From Camelus dromedarius (Eukaryota): a stretch of DNA of 64,000 nucleotides. A program made the position numbers and the translations under genes. Under the pieces are notes generated by a model. It was not told the origin of the DNA, did no database searches, and was given only the letters and a program-made list of their open reading frames with translations. Shown piece after piece: positions 39,035-53,113 of this stretch. The stretch spans positions 89,840,001-89,904,000 of the forward strand of contig NC_087436.1 in the NCBI RefSeq assembly GCF_036321535.1. The letters run 5' to 3'. The number at the start of each line of letters is the position of its first letter. Positions within the stretch are counted from its first letter, which is position 1.

Positions 39035-41769
39035 CCCGACGGAGTGCTTACTCTGCTCCAGGTACCACAGTCAGTGCATCTTATATATTAACCCATGTAA
39101 CCCTTATACTGACCTTATCTTGTAGAACTCTTTCAATTTTACAGAATAAAAGCTCCATACATGTAGACGTTTTATGCTGTTTGTGTGTAAGCACACTGCG
39201 TGTCCTCAGATCCTAGATTGGAACCTGGCACAGAGTATGTGCTCATTAAATATTAGTTGAATGCATAGTTGAGGAAACCTAGGCACTGAGAGATTAAATA
39301 ACTTGCCCGATATTTACAAATAGGAAATTACAGAATTCAGATTCAAACTGAGGTCTTTAAACTTCACACAGCCTTAATCAACTGAAACTCAACATTTTGG
39401 GTGACAAGCATGTGCAATTGCTTTTCTTTAGTCGTTGAGGGTCTATGAGGCCAGTCATAAGACTTCTTTATTCCTCTCCTAAAATCCCAACTCAAATAAA
39501 ATCTAGACCTGGGAAGCAGACATATGGACGTCAGAATATCAGTTTTATTTCTGACCAGACTAGTATTGGGGACTGTGGCTTAGATGTGTGGTCATGGCCA
39601 GGCATTCTAATATTTCGCCCCGGGGAGTATTTGGGCTGGCAGATAGACATCCGTGTTCCTGGTCACTGTTTCACGTGTATGGGACCCCAACAGACATTTT
39701 AGCTCTGTCTCTAGATGACAAGCTTACGCCAGACGCTGTGTGCTCATCACAGGAAACAAGAAGAACACAGGACACAGACCTCCTGGGGCAGGTGGGTCTT
39801 AAACCAAAGAGTGTGGCAGAGCTGAACAAATTCAGTTCCTTCTCTCAACCTCAGTTGTCACAAAAGTTATTTCTCTTTTGAGGGGGCAGTGGTACATGAG
39901 TAGTAAATGGGGATGGAAGTGTTATATCAATATTGTTCCCTCAGGAAAGAGAAAGGGCTGTGAAAATGTGAGGGTTGGGGAATAGGGGTTCCCCTAAATA
40001 CTAGATCAAACCACCTCGGGGTCACAGTTCCTTTTGCCTCCCTAGGAAAAAGGAATGTGCTCGTTCTGAAACCATTAAATTTGTTCCTGATTGTCCTGTG
40101 ACAATTTCTGCAGACCAGGGCTTATGTGAGTCTCAGAAGTGATTTTGGTATGCAGACTCGAGATTTCTCAAAGGCACACTTACTCAGATAGAATGCTGTG
40201 ATTGCTTGGGAAGCACCAAGGAGAAAAGCTTTTAGATACCCTGCATCTGGGAAGCTGAAAAGCAGTGGCCACTTCCTGCTCAGCAACTTTGTCTTACCCG
40301 CCCAGATAATTGCCAGGCTGTTTCATGCCCGGGCAAGGGTGTGGGGAGGCAGAGGCAGGCAGGTTGTTTATTGAAAGGGAGATTTCAAGAAAATCTGAAA
40401 ACTGACAAGTAGATTGACTTTAGCAAATCCACAGACAGGAACTGAATGGGAGGATACAATCAGAAGTCTTAGGAGATGAGATTCCAAGTAGAGCCAAAGA
40501 AGGCTGATTTTGATGTTCAGAGAACTCCAGAATTATTAAGGTTTCCTAAAGAGCACAGCAGAGCACTGGTTGAAGAAATCAGTTTTAGGAGTTGAAAGGA
40601 TGAACAGCTAAAGAAGTGGTGTTCTTTTCTGAGGAGTGATGTGGGCGGGTACACGGTGCCTGTGATCCAACTAACAATTAACAAGGATGGGACCGTGGCA
40701 CCTGATGTGAAGCAAGAGATGTCACATTTCAGCAGGTTCAGTGAAGATGGAGATGAACGCTCTTGACTCTTGGAATAGGTAACACATACATCGCCCTTAT
40801 GAGAACGACGGATGAGGAATGTAAATAGAAATGTTGTAACCACATTTAATTCCAGTGACCTAATGAGCTGATGAAATGTGTCTTTAGAAAGAGCCTAAAG
40901 GTGTCTTAGAACTGAAGTGCCATTCTCACTGACCCAGTCATTTTAAAGGAATGCAGAAAAAATATAAATAATTAAAAAACAAGGCAGGAAAACATACAGC
41001 ATATTAGATCATACTGTATTTTCTTCCAGTGATGCTCTGGGAGTGCAGTGCCTAGTGTAGTCTTGATTATTTGAAAGCTCTTGTGCCCAGGAGGCATCTT
41101 TGGCAATGGGGGTGTAGGAATCCTACATATTTAAATGAGCTATCCTGCAGGAAATGCTAAAGTGAATGCTTTGTATCCGTAAACATTCTTCTTTTGTTTT
41201 AATTAAATAATAACTCTGATTTAAAAAATAAATTTGAGAATCCATTTAAGAAGTTATTTGCAGTTAAAAGAGCTACTGGGGGGAAAAACGGAGCATAGCC
41301 TGACCCCAAAGGATATATTATCTCTTCACTGAGCTTGCAAAGGGAGGGACCACCACTGTTTAAGGGCCCATTTAGGAAGACAGTCTGGTGGTGTATTTTT
41401 AAAGCATGATGGATGTTTAGGTCTAAAAAAATACTGTTTAGCGCACTGAAATGCCAGAACTCTGTTGACGGCTGTACGTTCCTCCATGTTTATACCGTGA
41501 GAAGTGAGCAGTTGCAGTTAGAAGGACTATTCAGGTTAAGAGAATACTGGCAAAAAATAAAGCAAGACACTGAGATTGAAGCCGTTAATATAAATTGCCA
41601 GCACTGATATGACTCACCAGGCAAATGAGAAAGAAAGCAAAGGGTTGGTGTGGGCGCAGGGTGCCTGGGAAGGGAGTAGCCTAGGATATTTTTATCAGAA
41701 TGTGCATATTGAGAGTCTGCTCAGTTCATGGCTGCCTGTAAGGTGTATATAACATGAATTTAGTGTATC

Positions 41770-42457
41770 ATTATAACCAGGCCTCCCCCCAAGGAATTTT
41801 GGAATCCAAGATACAAGTGGCCGCAGGTCTGACATAGATGGGGCCAGACCAGATGACAGATCAAATTCGAAACAAGATAATGTTCCAAAAAGGACCCACT
41901 AGATGGGACCTGGCATTGTTCTTCCTGAGACCACATGGAGCTGAGTTCGAGAGGAAGCACTGAGACCGGCCGAGGAGCAGCCGGTTGTTTGCTTTGCATT
42001 ATTCCAAACAAGCAGTTTGAATGATTTTTAAAAAGTCACCTACTTTAGTTTAAAATGCTGAATTTACCATATGGTTCGGGTGTTGTACTAACTGAAGGTC
42101 AAGTGTTAAAGAAATTCAGGAGTAATTCTCAGGGAAGAATTGAGAATCAGGATATGATGAAATAAAGTGAAAGGAAAAAAAAATTAAAATTCACACATGT
42201 TCCCTCTGTTTTCCTTGCCTTTTTCTAGAGAAATTATGAGCCAGTATCTTATTTTGAAAAGAAGATCCCATCGGTCCCATCTTGAAGAAGCACCAGGACC
42301 TTTTCACGTCCCTCACTCTTGGTGCCAGTGGGTGCTCTTTGGCAGGTTATCTTCTCTCAGATTTGATCTGTCATCTGGTCTGGCCCCATCTATGTCAGAC
42401 CTGGGACCACTTGTATCTTAGATTCCAACCTTCCTTGTAGGGAGGCCTGGGTATAAT
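41770..42457. repeat. Long inverted repeat: arms 41770-41900 and 42327-42457, 426-nt spacer
   Basis: Manual ungapped alignment gives 114/131 identity, with a perfect 43-bp core (41824-41866 vs 42361-42403). Confidence 0.95.
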
Positions 42458-42609
42458 TATCTTTCTAAATTAGGGTTAAACTCTGAAGTAGCATAGCTCT
42501 TGACAATTACTTTCTGCTCCCCAGTCCTAAATCTTTTCCTACATAACAGAACTTAGGATTTTGCAGAACCTTGCCGTGAAACAATAGCCTACTTCAACAT
42601 GTCACAGTG

Positions 42610-42825
42610 GTCAGCATACCACGTTTTAGAGTTGGAGATGAGCTTCAGTTCTGACTCTGCCACTTACGGTTGTGTAACCTTGGACAAGTAATAACATTTC
42701 CTAAATGTCAGCTTCTGCATTTGGAGTAATAGCTAGCTCAGAGTTTCATGAGAGGAGATAAGATAATATATGCAAAGTACTTAGCAAAGCACTGGCATGT
42801 GGTACATGCTACATAAAAGTTATTT
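42610..42825 (+). mobile_element. MIR SINE
   Basis: ctctgccacttacggttgtgtaaccttggacaagta...tatgcaaagtacttagca. Confidence 0.8.
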
Positions 42826-43700
42826 CTATTCATTCTTTCATGAATGTGTTCATTTATTTTACAGGTGTCTGTTGAGTGTCAAGTATGTGTGAGCAATTGT
42901 TCTAATTCATTGGATTATATGAGTGAATGAAACAGATTCCTGCCCCTCAGTTTACATCTTTGTGAATGGAGCAGAAATAAATACACACAGTAAAGTCCAT
43001 TATGTAGTATGAGTGATGAATGCTGTGGAGAAAATAAAAATAAATATAAATACAGCAGGGAGATGAGTAGCAGGAAAACTGAAGGCAAGATGAGCATTTC
43101 CAATTATATAAGGTTGTCAATATTGGCCTCATTGAGATGTTGACATTTCCATGCAGATTTAAAAAAAGGTTGAAGGTGTCACCTAAATGGATGGCTGGGA
43201 AAAGAGTATTCTAGGATGTGGAGGGCTGCAGTCAATTCCAAAGTTTTAAGGTAGGAGTCTGCCTAGGGCAAAGAGGCCAAACTGATGGAGGGAGATAAAG
43301 CTAGGTATGTAATGGAGAGGTTGGCTTACATCACTTAGAGCTTTGTTGGCCGTTATATGAGCTTTGGCTTTTACTCTGTGTGAGAGGGGGAGTTCAGTTT
43401 GAGTTCCAAGAGGAGGCATGGCATGATTCCATTTTCTCATGTTTTATAAGACCCACGCTGTGTGATGTAATGAAAGTAGACTGTCTGAGGGCAGAGATGG
43501 AAGCTGGGAGACCAGTTACGAGGGCACTGTGGTTATCCAGAGGAAAGATGGGGGCAGCCGGGACCAAGGTGGTAGCAGTAGCAATCTTGACAGGTGGCTG
43601 GATTTTGGATAGAACCAACAGGTTTCCTGAGTGATTGGATATGGGTGTGAAAAAGAAAAGTCAAAGATAATTACAAGGTTTGGGCTTAAGCATCAGCAAG
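42825..43700 (-). mobile_element. LINE-2 fragment
   Basis: cattcttcatgaatg-like tail...tttggcttttactctg...ggagaccagttacgagg...gattggatatggg, typical reverse L2. Confidence 0.75.
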
Positions 43701-45807
43701 AAATGCAGTAAATGTAACCATTATTGTTATTTTACAATTTGCAGTTTCTTGTTTTACACAGTTAAAAAAGAACAATGAACTCATTTGTGCTTCTGTATAT
43801 CCTCTATGGCACTGTGAAAACAATACGTGCCCAGTTGATGCTGAGTGAGCGACTGTTGAGCCTTTGAGGGGTATGGGGACAGCTCTGCTGGTCAGGGAAG
43901 ACAGTGAAGCATGAAAAGATAATATGACCTTTCAGAGAAAAACTCTTCACTTTACAGCTCGATCCAGGTCTGGCCCTGCCCATTCATCCCCCATTAAATT
44001 TCTAATCCAGGCACTTTTCCCTCGGCCATTCTCCAAAATCAATATGGAGGCCCACAGCCTTCTTGACTGCAGAAAGTGGTCTCCCTTGTTATGAGTCTTA
44101 ACAGTGATCTGGCTTCATTGTCCTCTGGCCACATAGAGACAAGTACCGTGCAGTCAATGGAAAGGGACAATGGATGAAATTACAGGACTCAGTAAGTCTT
44201 AAGAAGTCTGTTTAATTTTTTTTTCCCATGGGCTGAAAGGGATCCCTGTTATCCTCTTTACGTTTATGTAGTGATAAGATTCTTAGGAACTAAAAGAACT
44301 GCCACAGTTCTTTCTGGAAATGATGTATTTCATTTCTGCATTAGGTTTACATTCTTGTGAACATTTACAGATGGGATTCATAAAAACTTCACACTGAGAA
44401 AAGAAGCAAACGTTATTTCTGGGAGGACTAATGGAAAAATAAATTATATAGCTTACTTACTATTTCTGTTTTTCCATCATAATCGGTGAGTCACAATATA
44501 AACAAACTACCGAGACCCAACAGTTGTAATTATATTTCAGAAATGTGGAGTCAGTTCCTTTCAAACAGGAGAGCTGTGGGTGAGGAGGATCAGGGCACAA
44601 ATGGGATACCTTGATTTAGCTCTAACTGTCCCTGTGACTATAAACTGGATATGTTTTTCTTGCATGAGGTATAAAGGCTCATTTGTCAATGATTCTCTGC
44701 CCTTAGAGCAAGAGGCTTAGAGTCCCATATTCTGAGCTCAATGATGGCAAACATGGTGTGAATCTCTTTGATCTGTTAGCTAGAGTTGTACCACAGCTGC
44801 CTTTTAAAACTGCCTGGCGAGCTGAAACAGCAGTTTAACAGTCTCCCAGGAACGGCAGGAACAAGTAAGGATGGACAAAGTGGGAATCATTTTCTGGTAA
44901 AACCCCAAATGTATCAACAGACAAGTTTATATAACAAATACCTTTATAGGAAGTGGCGCTAGAAACTGAATTTAGGACAGGGGAAAGATCAACTGTTTAT
45001 AACAGTGTATTAGAGCCTAGAAGGAAAAAGTATAAAATTTAAATGCAAATCATAAAATGAATAAAGCAACATGAATATTTACATGGAAATACATAAGACA
45101 TATGATCAGAGCTGAGAAATTAAAGGTATGCTACAGACTAGTAAAGAGTAAATTTAACTTTTTACTTCAAATATGGTCTGTAATCACTCTCCTTGAAAGG
45201 TCAGTTTTTCATGCATAAGTCTTGTGTTATTACCCATATATATATATCTTTTCAAATATTCTGACTCTAAAAATTGTGTTTGTAAAAAATATTTCTTATA
45301 TTTCTATTTTTCCTTTAGTAGCAAATGTCTAAAATAAAATATTTTATTGTTTTGAAAAATATATAGACATATTTAGGGTTCAGGGATACATCTAGAACAA
45401 AGTAAAATAATGTAATGAATCATAAAGAATGCTGAGTTTGGGAACTTGAATTAAATTAAAATGAGTATTCAGACTGAGGTGTAGCATCCCAAACTATTTT
45501 GAAATGCCACCAGCAGATTCTATCATCCCTTTAGTTTCATAGTTGTCTTTGTTTTTCCCCAACCTTTCATTTGTCTCTTGTGTCTAGTGACTTTTTTCCG
45601 TTAAGTTCTTCTGCTATGTTTCTGCACTTACTTTGAGGTCCAAACCCTATATTGTAATCTACTTTCTTAAGTTTTTCCTCCCTAATTAAAAGTCTAGGTT
45701 TCCTAAAATTGCATCAAAAGGGCCTATCATAAGAATTTATATTCATTACAGTTAATAGCTCTCTTTTTTTTTTTTTAGCTCTCACCTATGGGACCATGTA
45801 ATAAAAT

Positions 45808-46444
45808 TGTTGCTGGTGATTAAGTTCTTGTCTCATCACAGAAAGAATTCAGAGATGAGACATGGAGGTTAAGAAAGTAAAGTGAGGACTTATTAAGGGA
45901 TGGATAGCACAGTCTCAAGGGGAGAGCGGGCAGGCTCAGGGGAGCGGCGGCCCCGAGTTTCTTTGGCAAGTTGGTTACATAGGGTGTAAAATGAACGGGC
46001 AGAATATTCACTGGGGAGGGAGGGGTTTGAGGTCATATTCCCTGATTTTCATCCCAGCTCCACCTTCCCGAAGGGAGGAGAGATTTTTGTCCTTATTTAG
46101 TCTTATTGGAAGTGTCATGGCATCAATGCATGATGGGTACTTCTAATCTGCAAGGCTAATTTTATTGAAATGAGGGCATAATGAGCAAAAGGTTACATTT
46201 GGACAGTGGAAATTCCTGTCCTTTCCCACATTTCTTTGTCAGCTTCCAGGCCACTTGTCACACCAAAATGTGTGATTGCTTATCAGTCCAGAGGTTCCTG
46301 CTTTGTCTGCCCAAGGACCCCTGTTATTTACATGATGTATGGTTTCCTGCATTTGGCCCCGTGCCCCTCCTTTTTGCCCAGTTCCTGCCATTTGGCCTGT
46401 GTCCCCTTTCTCTGTTCATATCTAGCTATCTGCCTGTTCTCACA
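45808..46444 (-). mobile_element. ERV1-like solo LTR, 637 bp
   Basis: tgttg...tcaca termini with 4-bp TSD aaat (45804-45807 and 46445-46448); GC-richer than the flanks. Confidence 0.8.
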
Positions 46445-47314
46445 AAATGAGTTGAAATGGTAGAAGGGAAAGGTTCTGAGAGCAAAAGGAAACAATTTTA
46501 AAAAGAAGCACATTTTATAAATAAAAGGATGGCTTGAGAAGCCTTCTCTTACTCCTCGGTTTGAGTTCAGGGTCACCTCTCTTCTGACCATCAGCCACCT
46601 CCTAGCCTCTCACACCACAACTTAGCATGTTTGATTATTTTTATCATTTACACACACTTCATGGACAATAATTACTTGTTTCTCTTTCCTCAAAGACCAT
46701 GATGGCTACATACTATGCTTTTACCTGAGTGTATTACATAGTGTAACAATCAGTCACTCAATTATGTTTTTTTTGAAGGAAGAAAAACAGGAAGAAAAAA
46801 GAAGGAAAGGAAGAAAATTTATTTATCCATTTTGCAGTATCTTTTTTCATGTAGCCTTCTTAAGAAGTTCCAGACTTAAGACAGAGTGATACAGGCTTTT
46901 GACTTACATATGGGGCAGTTCAACACCAAAATTTATTTATTGGTATGTGTATACACACACAAATATATACATATATATATATCACATATTATAATATAGA
47001 CACACCGGTATATAACACATATATACACACATACCATGTATATATATGTAGATGTGTATACATATTAATATGTGTCATATACATAATACATCATATATAT
47101 GATATAATGGAAAGTTTGTATGTATATGTATGATATGTATGTGTGTCACATACATGTGCATATAAACTTTTCATCTTAAAGTTTAAATAACATGTTTTGC
47201 AAAACTAGCACTAATATTTAAATGTACTGTCGTTTCCTTTATCATTATTTCTATATTATTATATCTCGAATATATAACTTGAGATTGGTTAAGTTATTAA
47301 ATGACAAGTGTGTA

Positions 47315-47317
<3 letters not shown>

Positions 47318-47362
<45 letters not shown>

Positions 47363-47375
47363 ATGTGTATATATA
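47318..47375. repeat. (TA)n / (TATG)n microsatellite
   Basis: Directly visible; a degenerate TA/CA low-complexity tract also lies at 46945-47165. Confidence 0.92.
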
Positions 47376-50300
47376 TCTCTATATCTGGTTTGATTATACT
47401 GGCACTACTCAAGATACCAAACAGTCTTAAACTAAGTGAAAAATCCATTTCATTGGTTGTTTTTGAATGACATTTTATTATTGGGATAGTAATAAGCATG
47501 GGATTTTTACATGAGAAAAATGTTTCAGTACAGCTCTCTTATTAGTAACTGCTGAATTTGGATGAGATAAAATGAATATAATTATGCACAGTTCACAAGA
47601 TGATCTTGAAAATATATAGAAAGTTAACCTAGTCCATGCAAGTACTAAATGCTTAGTAGGGGATAAGTTTCTTTTATTATCACACAATGGGAATTCAACA
47701 GCTAGGACAAGCATTTAAGGGTTGATGCATAAGTTTCTAAAAGTCCCTAATTACATGTTAGGTGTAGAGTAATCATAACATTCTCCAATGCACAGACTGT
47801 CAGGAAACAGTAACCAGTGATGGGTGATAAAGTTAATTACTTTAGGTGATTTCTTTTTTCCTTTTATAATACTTTAGGTCAAATTTATTTTTAAGAAGAA
47901 ATGGATACTGTCATCAAATTAGAATATCAATAAGCTCCATTTTATAAGTACAGAGTTTCTTTTTGAAGCTGATCCAGGAGATTCAGGGAAAGATAGCAAG
48001 GGTCTGTAATGGTGCCAACAAGGCTTTTCACACATTTAACTTCAGAATGTTGTAGATAAGAAACGTTGAATTGTTGAATGGGAGAACAGAACTCTGTTTG
48101 AAACAAAAGGGAAATGATCTTAGGCTTTTAGCATCTAAATCTAAAACTTTACCTTAAAATGTTTTCCATATGTGATGAATGTCATTCGGCAGTTTGCTGT
48201 CATAATACTTTTCCTACATGTAATTTATTTCAGATTATCTATAGGTATAAAGATAATAGTTTATTTCGTATTTATCTTTGATCATCATCCACTATGATTA
48301 TCATTCTGTGGTAATTTGTGATTCTCCGTTACTCCCATAGAAAAACGTGCTGGGGGGCTGTTGAGTGATGAGGAGAGTGAGGCAACACACAGCCGTTTAA
48401 CAGCTCCTCATGCATTAGAAGTTACAGCATAATTTATTTCATTTGGAGAAGTAAAAATTTCTGGAACCAACAGGAAGTCTAATCAAACACCCCAGGTGGC
48501 AAGGACAACTTCAAAGAGGAATTGTCATCCGAGCTTATTTTTTCAAGAACAAGGATTACAGGAGAGGACATTTTATATGGAGTATGTTATGGCTATAACA
48601 GTGTCGAACAGCATTGGATCGGGATGGAAACGAGACAAAGATCATGAAGGGTCTGATGTGCCATGCTGTGATCTTCAAACTCGATCTTTAGGCAGAGGAT
48701 AGTCATTGAAGAAAAAAAAATGATCAGAGAAAAGACATAACCTGATTTACAGTTAGCAGTGTCATAGAGGGTATCACACAGAGGCAGGAAAACTAAAAGA
48801 GACCACTTCAGGGGGCATTACCAGTGAGGATGGAGAAGAAAGGAAAAGTTGAGAAATGAAGGAAATACAATCAACAGAACCCCCTGATCAATTAAAATGC
48901 AGGGTATGAGTAAGACGTTCAGACTGAGTCTATTAAAAGCTTGACAACTGACAAAATGATGGTGTCTCTTACTAAGACTAGAAATAGAGGAGGCAGAATT
49001 TTGAATGTTTGAAGCCATGGCCTATACAAGCTTTTGAAATTGTATTTTTAAAGTCTTTACTTCTCTTACATTTAAATGCTTTCCTTCTATAAAATAGTAA
49101 GGAAAGAATTGAAAACTTACTTTGCAAATTAAACAGAAACATCACTGTTGACAGCAGTGTTCTGTGGGGATGGCAAAAAGGTCATAAAAGAAAAGTTAAT
49201 TAGCATACTTTTTAACTTATGCACTTTTTCTTATGATTAAATGAACAGTGGGATTTTTCAATCCCTCAGTATTAGTGATACATATGAATTGTATTTCTCA
49301 GTGTTCTAAAATCCTCAAATTATGTTGATTTATAGAATAATTCGTTATCTTAAAAAGGGAAAAGCTTGTCCTTATTATATATTGAACATGAGAATCCTTT
49401 TTTTAAATTAATATATATTTGGGGAGCAAAATGTAAATTTTTATCAGCAGCATAGATTTAGTTTTAAATTCTCATAACTTAGTTGTTAGGCTGGTTTCTA
49501 ACAGAACTCAGAGAACAACATAGGATTTCAGGCTGGTGATGTAATAAGTTCCAAGTTTTTAAGGGACCCAGTAATACTAAATTTGTAATAGCCTGTGCCC
49601 AGACTGAACTTTGAACTCTCAGTGTTCTAGCATGTCCCATGTGCTCTGGGTGCTATCTTTAACAACTTGAAACAGGATGGGGTCACTGGAATCTCCTCAC
49701 AAGAGAATCTTACTTGTAATAGTAGAAGTGAGATCTTTGAGAACATCTTCACTCCTTCCCTTGCCAGAGTCCTAAACTGAGCATGGCGCAGTCGCTTGAT
49801 GAAACATTACCTTGAGGAACATAAATCGCTCCTGGTACCACACAGCTTCCCTTTGGAAACATTCTCTCCCTTGTCTGTCAGGCAGGGGATGTCTCTGGAC
49901 TGTACTTAGTAAACCCTTAGTAGCTATTTGTTAATTGAACCAAATGATTTCACTAAATCCAGGGGAATCAATGTGCATTCAGTCTCCTCTTCTTTTTCCT
50001 ATTTGATTGCCTTTACCAGTGCTTTGGGGAGAGAGGTGTGTCTTCAGCTTCCTCACCAGAGAAGGCTGATCATTAGATATTGAAGAAAGACATTTCAGAG
50101 AGAGAGAAGGCATGACAAATCTTCTACCTGATGATGGTTCTAAGGCCAGAACAATCTGAAACCCTTTTGGGAACAGACTCTGCAGTGATTTCAAAGTCCT
50201 ATTCATTTGTAGCCCATAATCAGTGACTGACATGATGAGATATATTTAGTTTATCCTTTGAGGACTTTGTATCCTATCCATAAAAGTACAAGTTTCATGA

Positions 50301-51183
50301 CCCTTGTTTGGGATTCCCAAAATGGGCTATACTTCTTAAGTCAATGTATTTTAATTAGTAGGAAAAATCAAAGTAAATAAATACAACTACAAGAACAAAC
50401 AATATATAAAGATTCAAAATAAAAAAAAAATACATCAAGGAATCTTACCTTGAGAGGAAATTTCATATATTCAGTATATGTTTCATGTCATCAAAGACCA
50501 AAAGATTAGAACTATAATGAAAAATGATGGTAGGAAAACACAGTTCACACTGGTTTTATTATTTTTCTTAATTCTTCCTGATTTTGGGGGAACTATATTT
50601 ATCAAACATGTGTTTGAGTGTCTAGTGGGTGAAAGATACAGACTGAGGAGCAGCAACTTCTTTGTGGTAGAATGGTGACAAATTATCAAATTCAAAGTTT
50701 TCAACTCTTAGTAGGAAACACTGTCATATCCACACAAGTCACTTAAGTATTTGTTGACTTTAATGAAACTGACTGATGACAAATGGCACATGTAGGTTTT
50801 ATGGGAATCATCCCAGGAAACAAAATGTCTTTGTTATCGCTGAGAGAGTAAAGCAAAACACAGCAATGACTAACTTGTTTTAAAATGTGTGCATGACACT
50901 CTACTTATGATACATGGTGAGCAAAATTATTAGCATCCTTATCTTCTTGCAGGGATATCATCGACGGTTTGATTTTACTCTCCATATTGTGAGTTCACGC
51001 TCTTATTAGCATTACTACTAATGTGTAAATTACAGGGGTAAAGACAGTCTAGCTTCTTGCTTGGATGGTTAGCTCCAATTAATTAATATCTTTGAATATA
51101 ATTGAACCTTTCCTGAGTCCTTATTTATTATCATTTCCTTTTCTTAGGGTAAGTAAGGATGTTTGTAGTTGATTTGCTTTCTC

Positions 51184-51590
51184 TCAGAAGCAGACTCTAA
51201 GATACGCAGTCACTTGGGATGTGATATCAGGAGGCCCTGGCGGAGGTGAGGGGCAAAGTGATACAGGGAGGGGAGGATGGACAGCCAAAGCAGGGTACCA
51301 CAATGAGCAGTGTACTGCTGAGGACAGCTGGGGTTCAGTCCCACTGAGGTCATCTGGGAAAGGGTGTAGAACATGCCTTAGAGTTGTCTCCAGTGAGAGG
51401 GAGAGAAAGCTGAGTTGTATTTTCCCCAATTCCCATAGTCTGTGCACAGGCTTCTCTGCACTTCAGGTCTTCCCTGCACAGCCAGGAAAAGCCCCCGGGC
51501 AGAGAATCATAGGTGCATGCCGCAGAATGCCACAATGTGTAGAGGAATCACGATTGCCCAGGGAATACAGACAGAGAACTAGCAGCAGAT
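51184..51590 (-). mobile_element. ERVL LTR (LTR33-like)
   Basis: cagaagcagactctaagata...gggcaaagtgatacaggga...gggtgtagaacatgcct resembles the recalled LTR33 consensus. Confidence 0.6.
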
Positions 51591-52936
51591 GCCATGGTGG
51601 TCTATGGATATGCACTATTTTATATGTCGTCGATATAATGATTTAAATGGTCAAAGTTTTCATTTGGAATCGTCATCGATTATAATAAGAAAGATGCATA
51701 GATATTCTACACGTAACTCAGCATTTCTCTCCTCTCTGAGAACCTTCTTAACTTTCTTGCCAATAAACCTGAACACCTACTTCCATTGTTTCAACACTCT
51801 GTCTTGTCACCCTGACGTATTTAAAGCTATCCCCTCCTTCTGCTCTCCTCCGTGTAAGTATCTTCAGTCTCCTTTACTGACTGCACTACCTGCTGACTCA
51901 GGAATATTCCTCTGTCATCGATCTTCTCTCACCTGAATATTCAGCTTCTGCCTCTCTCCCTTCACCCCTCCCATCGGCGTTGCGATCCTTAACTATCTTC
52001 CCCCTTAAACAAGCAACCAAAAAATTGTCTCTTTTTCCCTACCTTCCCCTGTGGCTGGAGCCCTCTTCCCCTTTTCAGTCAAACTCCTCAAGTCTTGTTT
52101 AAAATCACTCTGGCCTTTTCCTCTTCTCTCCTTCTCTTCCTCCACGCTGGCTTCTGAACACATTTTTTGTTTCACTGATGGCTCCCAGATCTCTGAATTC
52201 AGCAACTATTCCAGACCTCTCAGATGGCTTGCCCTCTCAGCCTCAGTGACAGTCCGTGACTCACTTCTTCAGAGGGGTGTAAACTGCTTTTGTAACACTC
52301 TAGTTTTGGGGACACTCCATTTTCCTCTCCTTTTGATTCCACTACCTCTCTGGGTTCTCCTTCCTGCCTAATTTCCTTTTTAGGAGTTCATTCAGTGTTG
52401 GGGCGGGGGTCATTTTTCTTTTCCTGTATATGCACAGCAGGAGAATATCCCTCTCAATGCATACGTTCTTTAAGTATGTTTATGCAGCCAATAAACCATG
52501 AAACCAGTTCTTTAACTGTGCATGTCTGTGTTCTGCATCTTCAGGTGTTGCTCTTACCACTTACAGCTACTAGGGTAATCTTATTTTTCTCTCTTTAGAT
52601 TCTTACTTGGCACGTCCCTGCAGCCACTAGGTAATGATGATATTCCCTATTGCTCTTTGCTTGCCATTTGGTGTGTAAGAGGATAGTCTTCAGATCCTTA
52701 CCAGGAATATATTCACGTGTTTTCATCATCTCTCTTCTCTGTTATAACTCCAGACTAAGGAGAATAATTTCATTTGCCTCCTTTTGGGTGAAGACTACTT
52801 TACCATTTTAATTTCTCTTCTCTGGCAAAATTTTAAATCCATATCTATGATGACTAAGTTTTATTCAGGTGTTTACTGAATTAATGTGGTAGCATGATTA
52901 ATTTGGTGCGAGAGAAAAACACAGGTAATTCCAATC

Positions 52937-53113
52937 CAGGACCAGCTACATAATTTGTGAGGTCCAGCCCAAGATGAAGATACAGTATCCTTTATTCAAA
53001 CACAATTAATAATTTTGAGAAAGTAAAAACAGATCAGTAGACCAGGCACGGGGTTTTTCTGAGCACAGGGACCTATGTGATGGGACCAGTTGTACAGCCA
53101 TCAAGCAGACCTG
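52937..53113 (-). mobile_element. hAT non-autonomous DNA transposon (MER45A-like)
   Basis: caggaccagctacataatttgtg...cagacctg, about 177 bp with CAGG...CCTG termini. Confidence 0.7.

Noticed and set aside
38977..39216. Poly-Ala/Ser ORF resembling a coding triplet repeat
   Set aside because: Simple repeat at a MIR tail, intronic, with no exon support.
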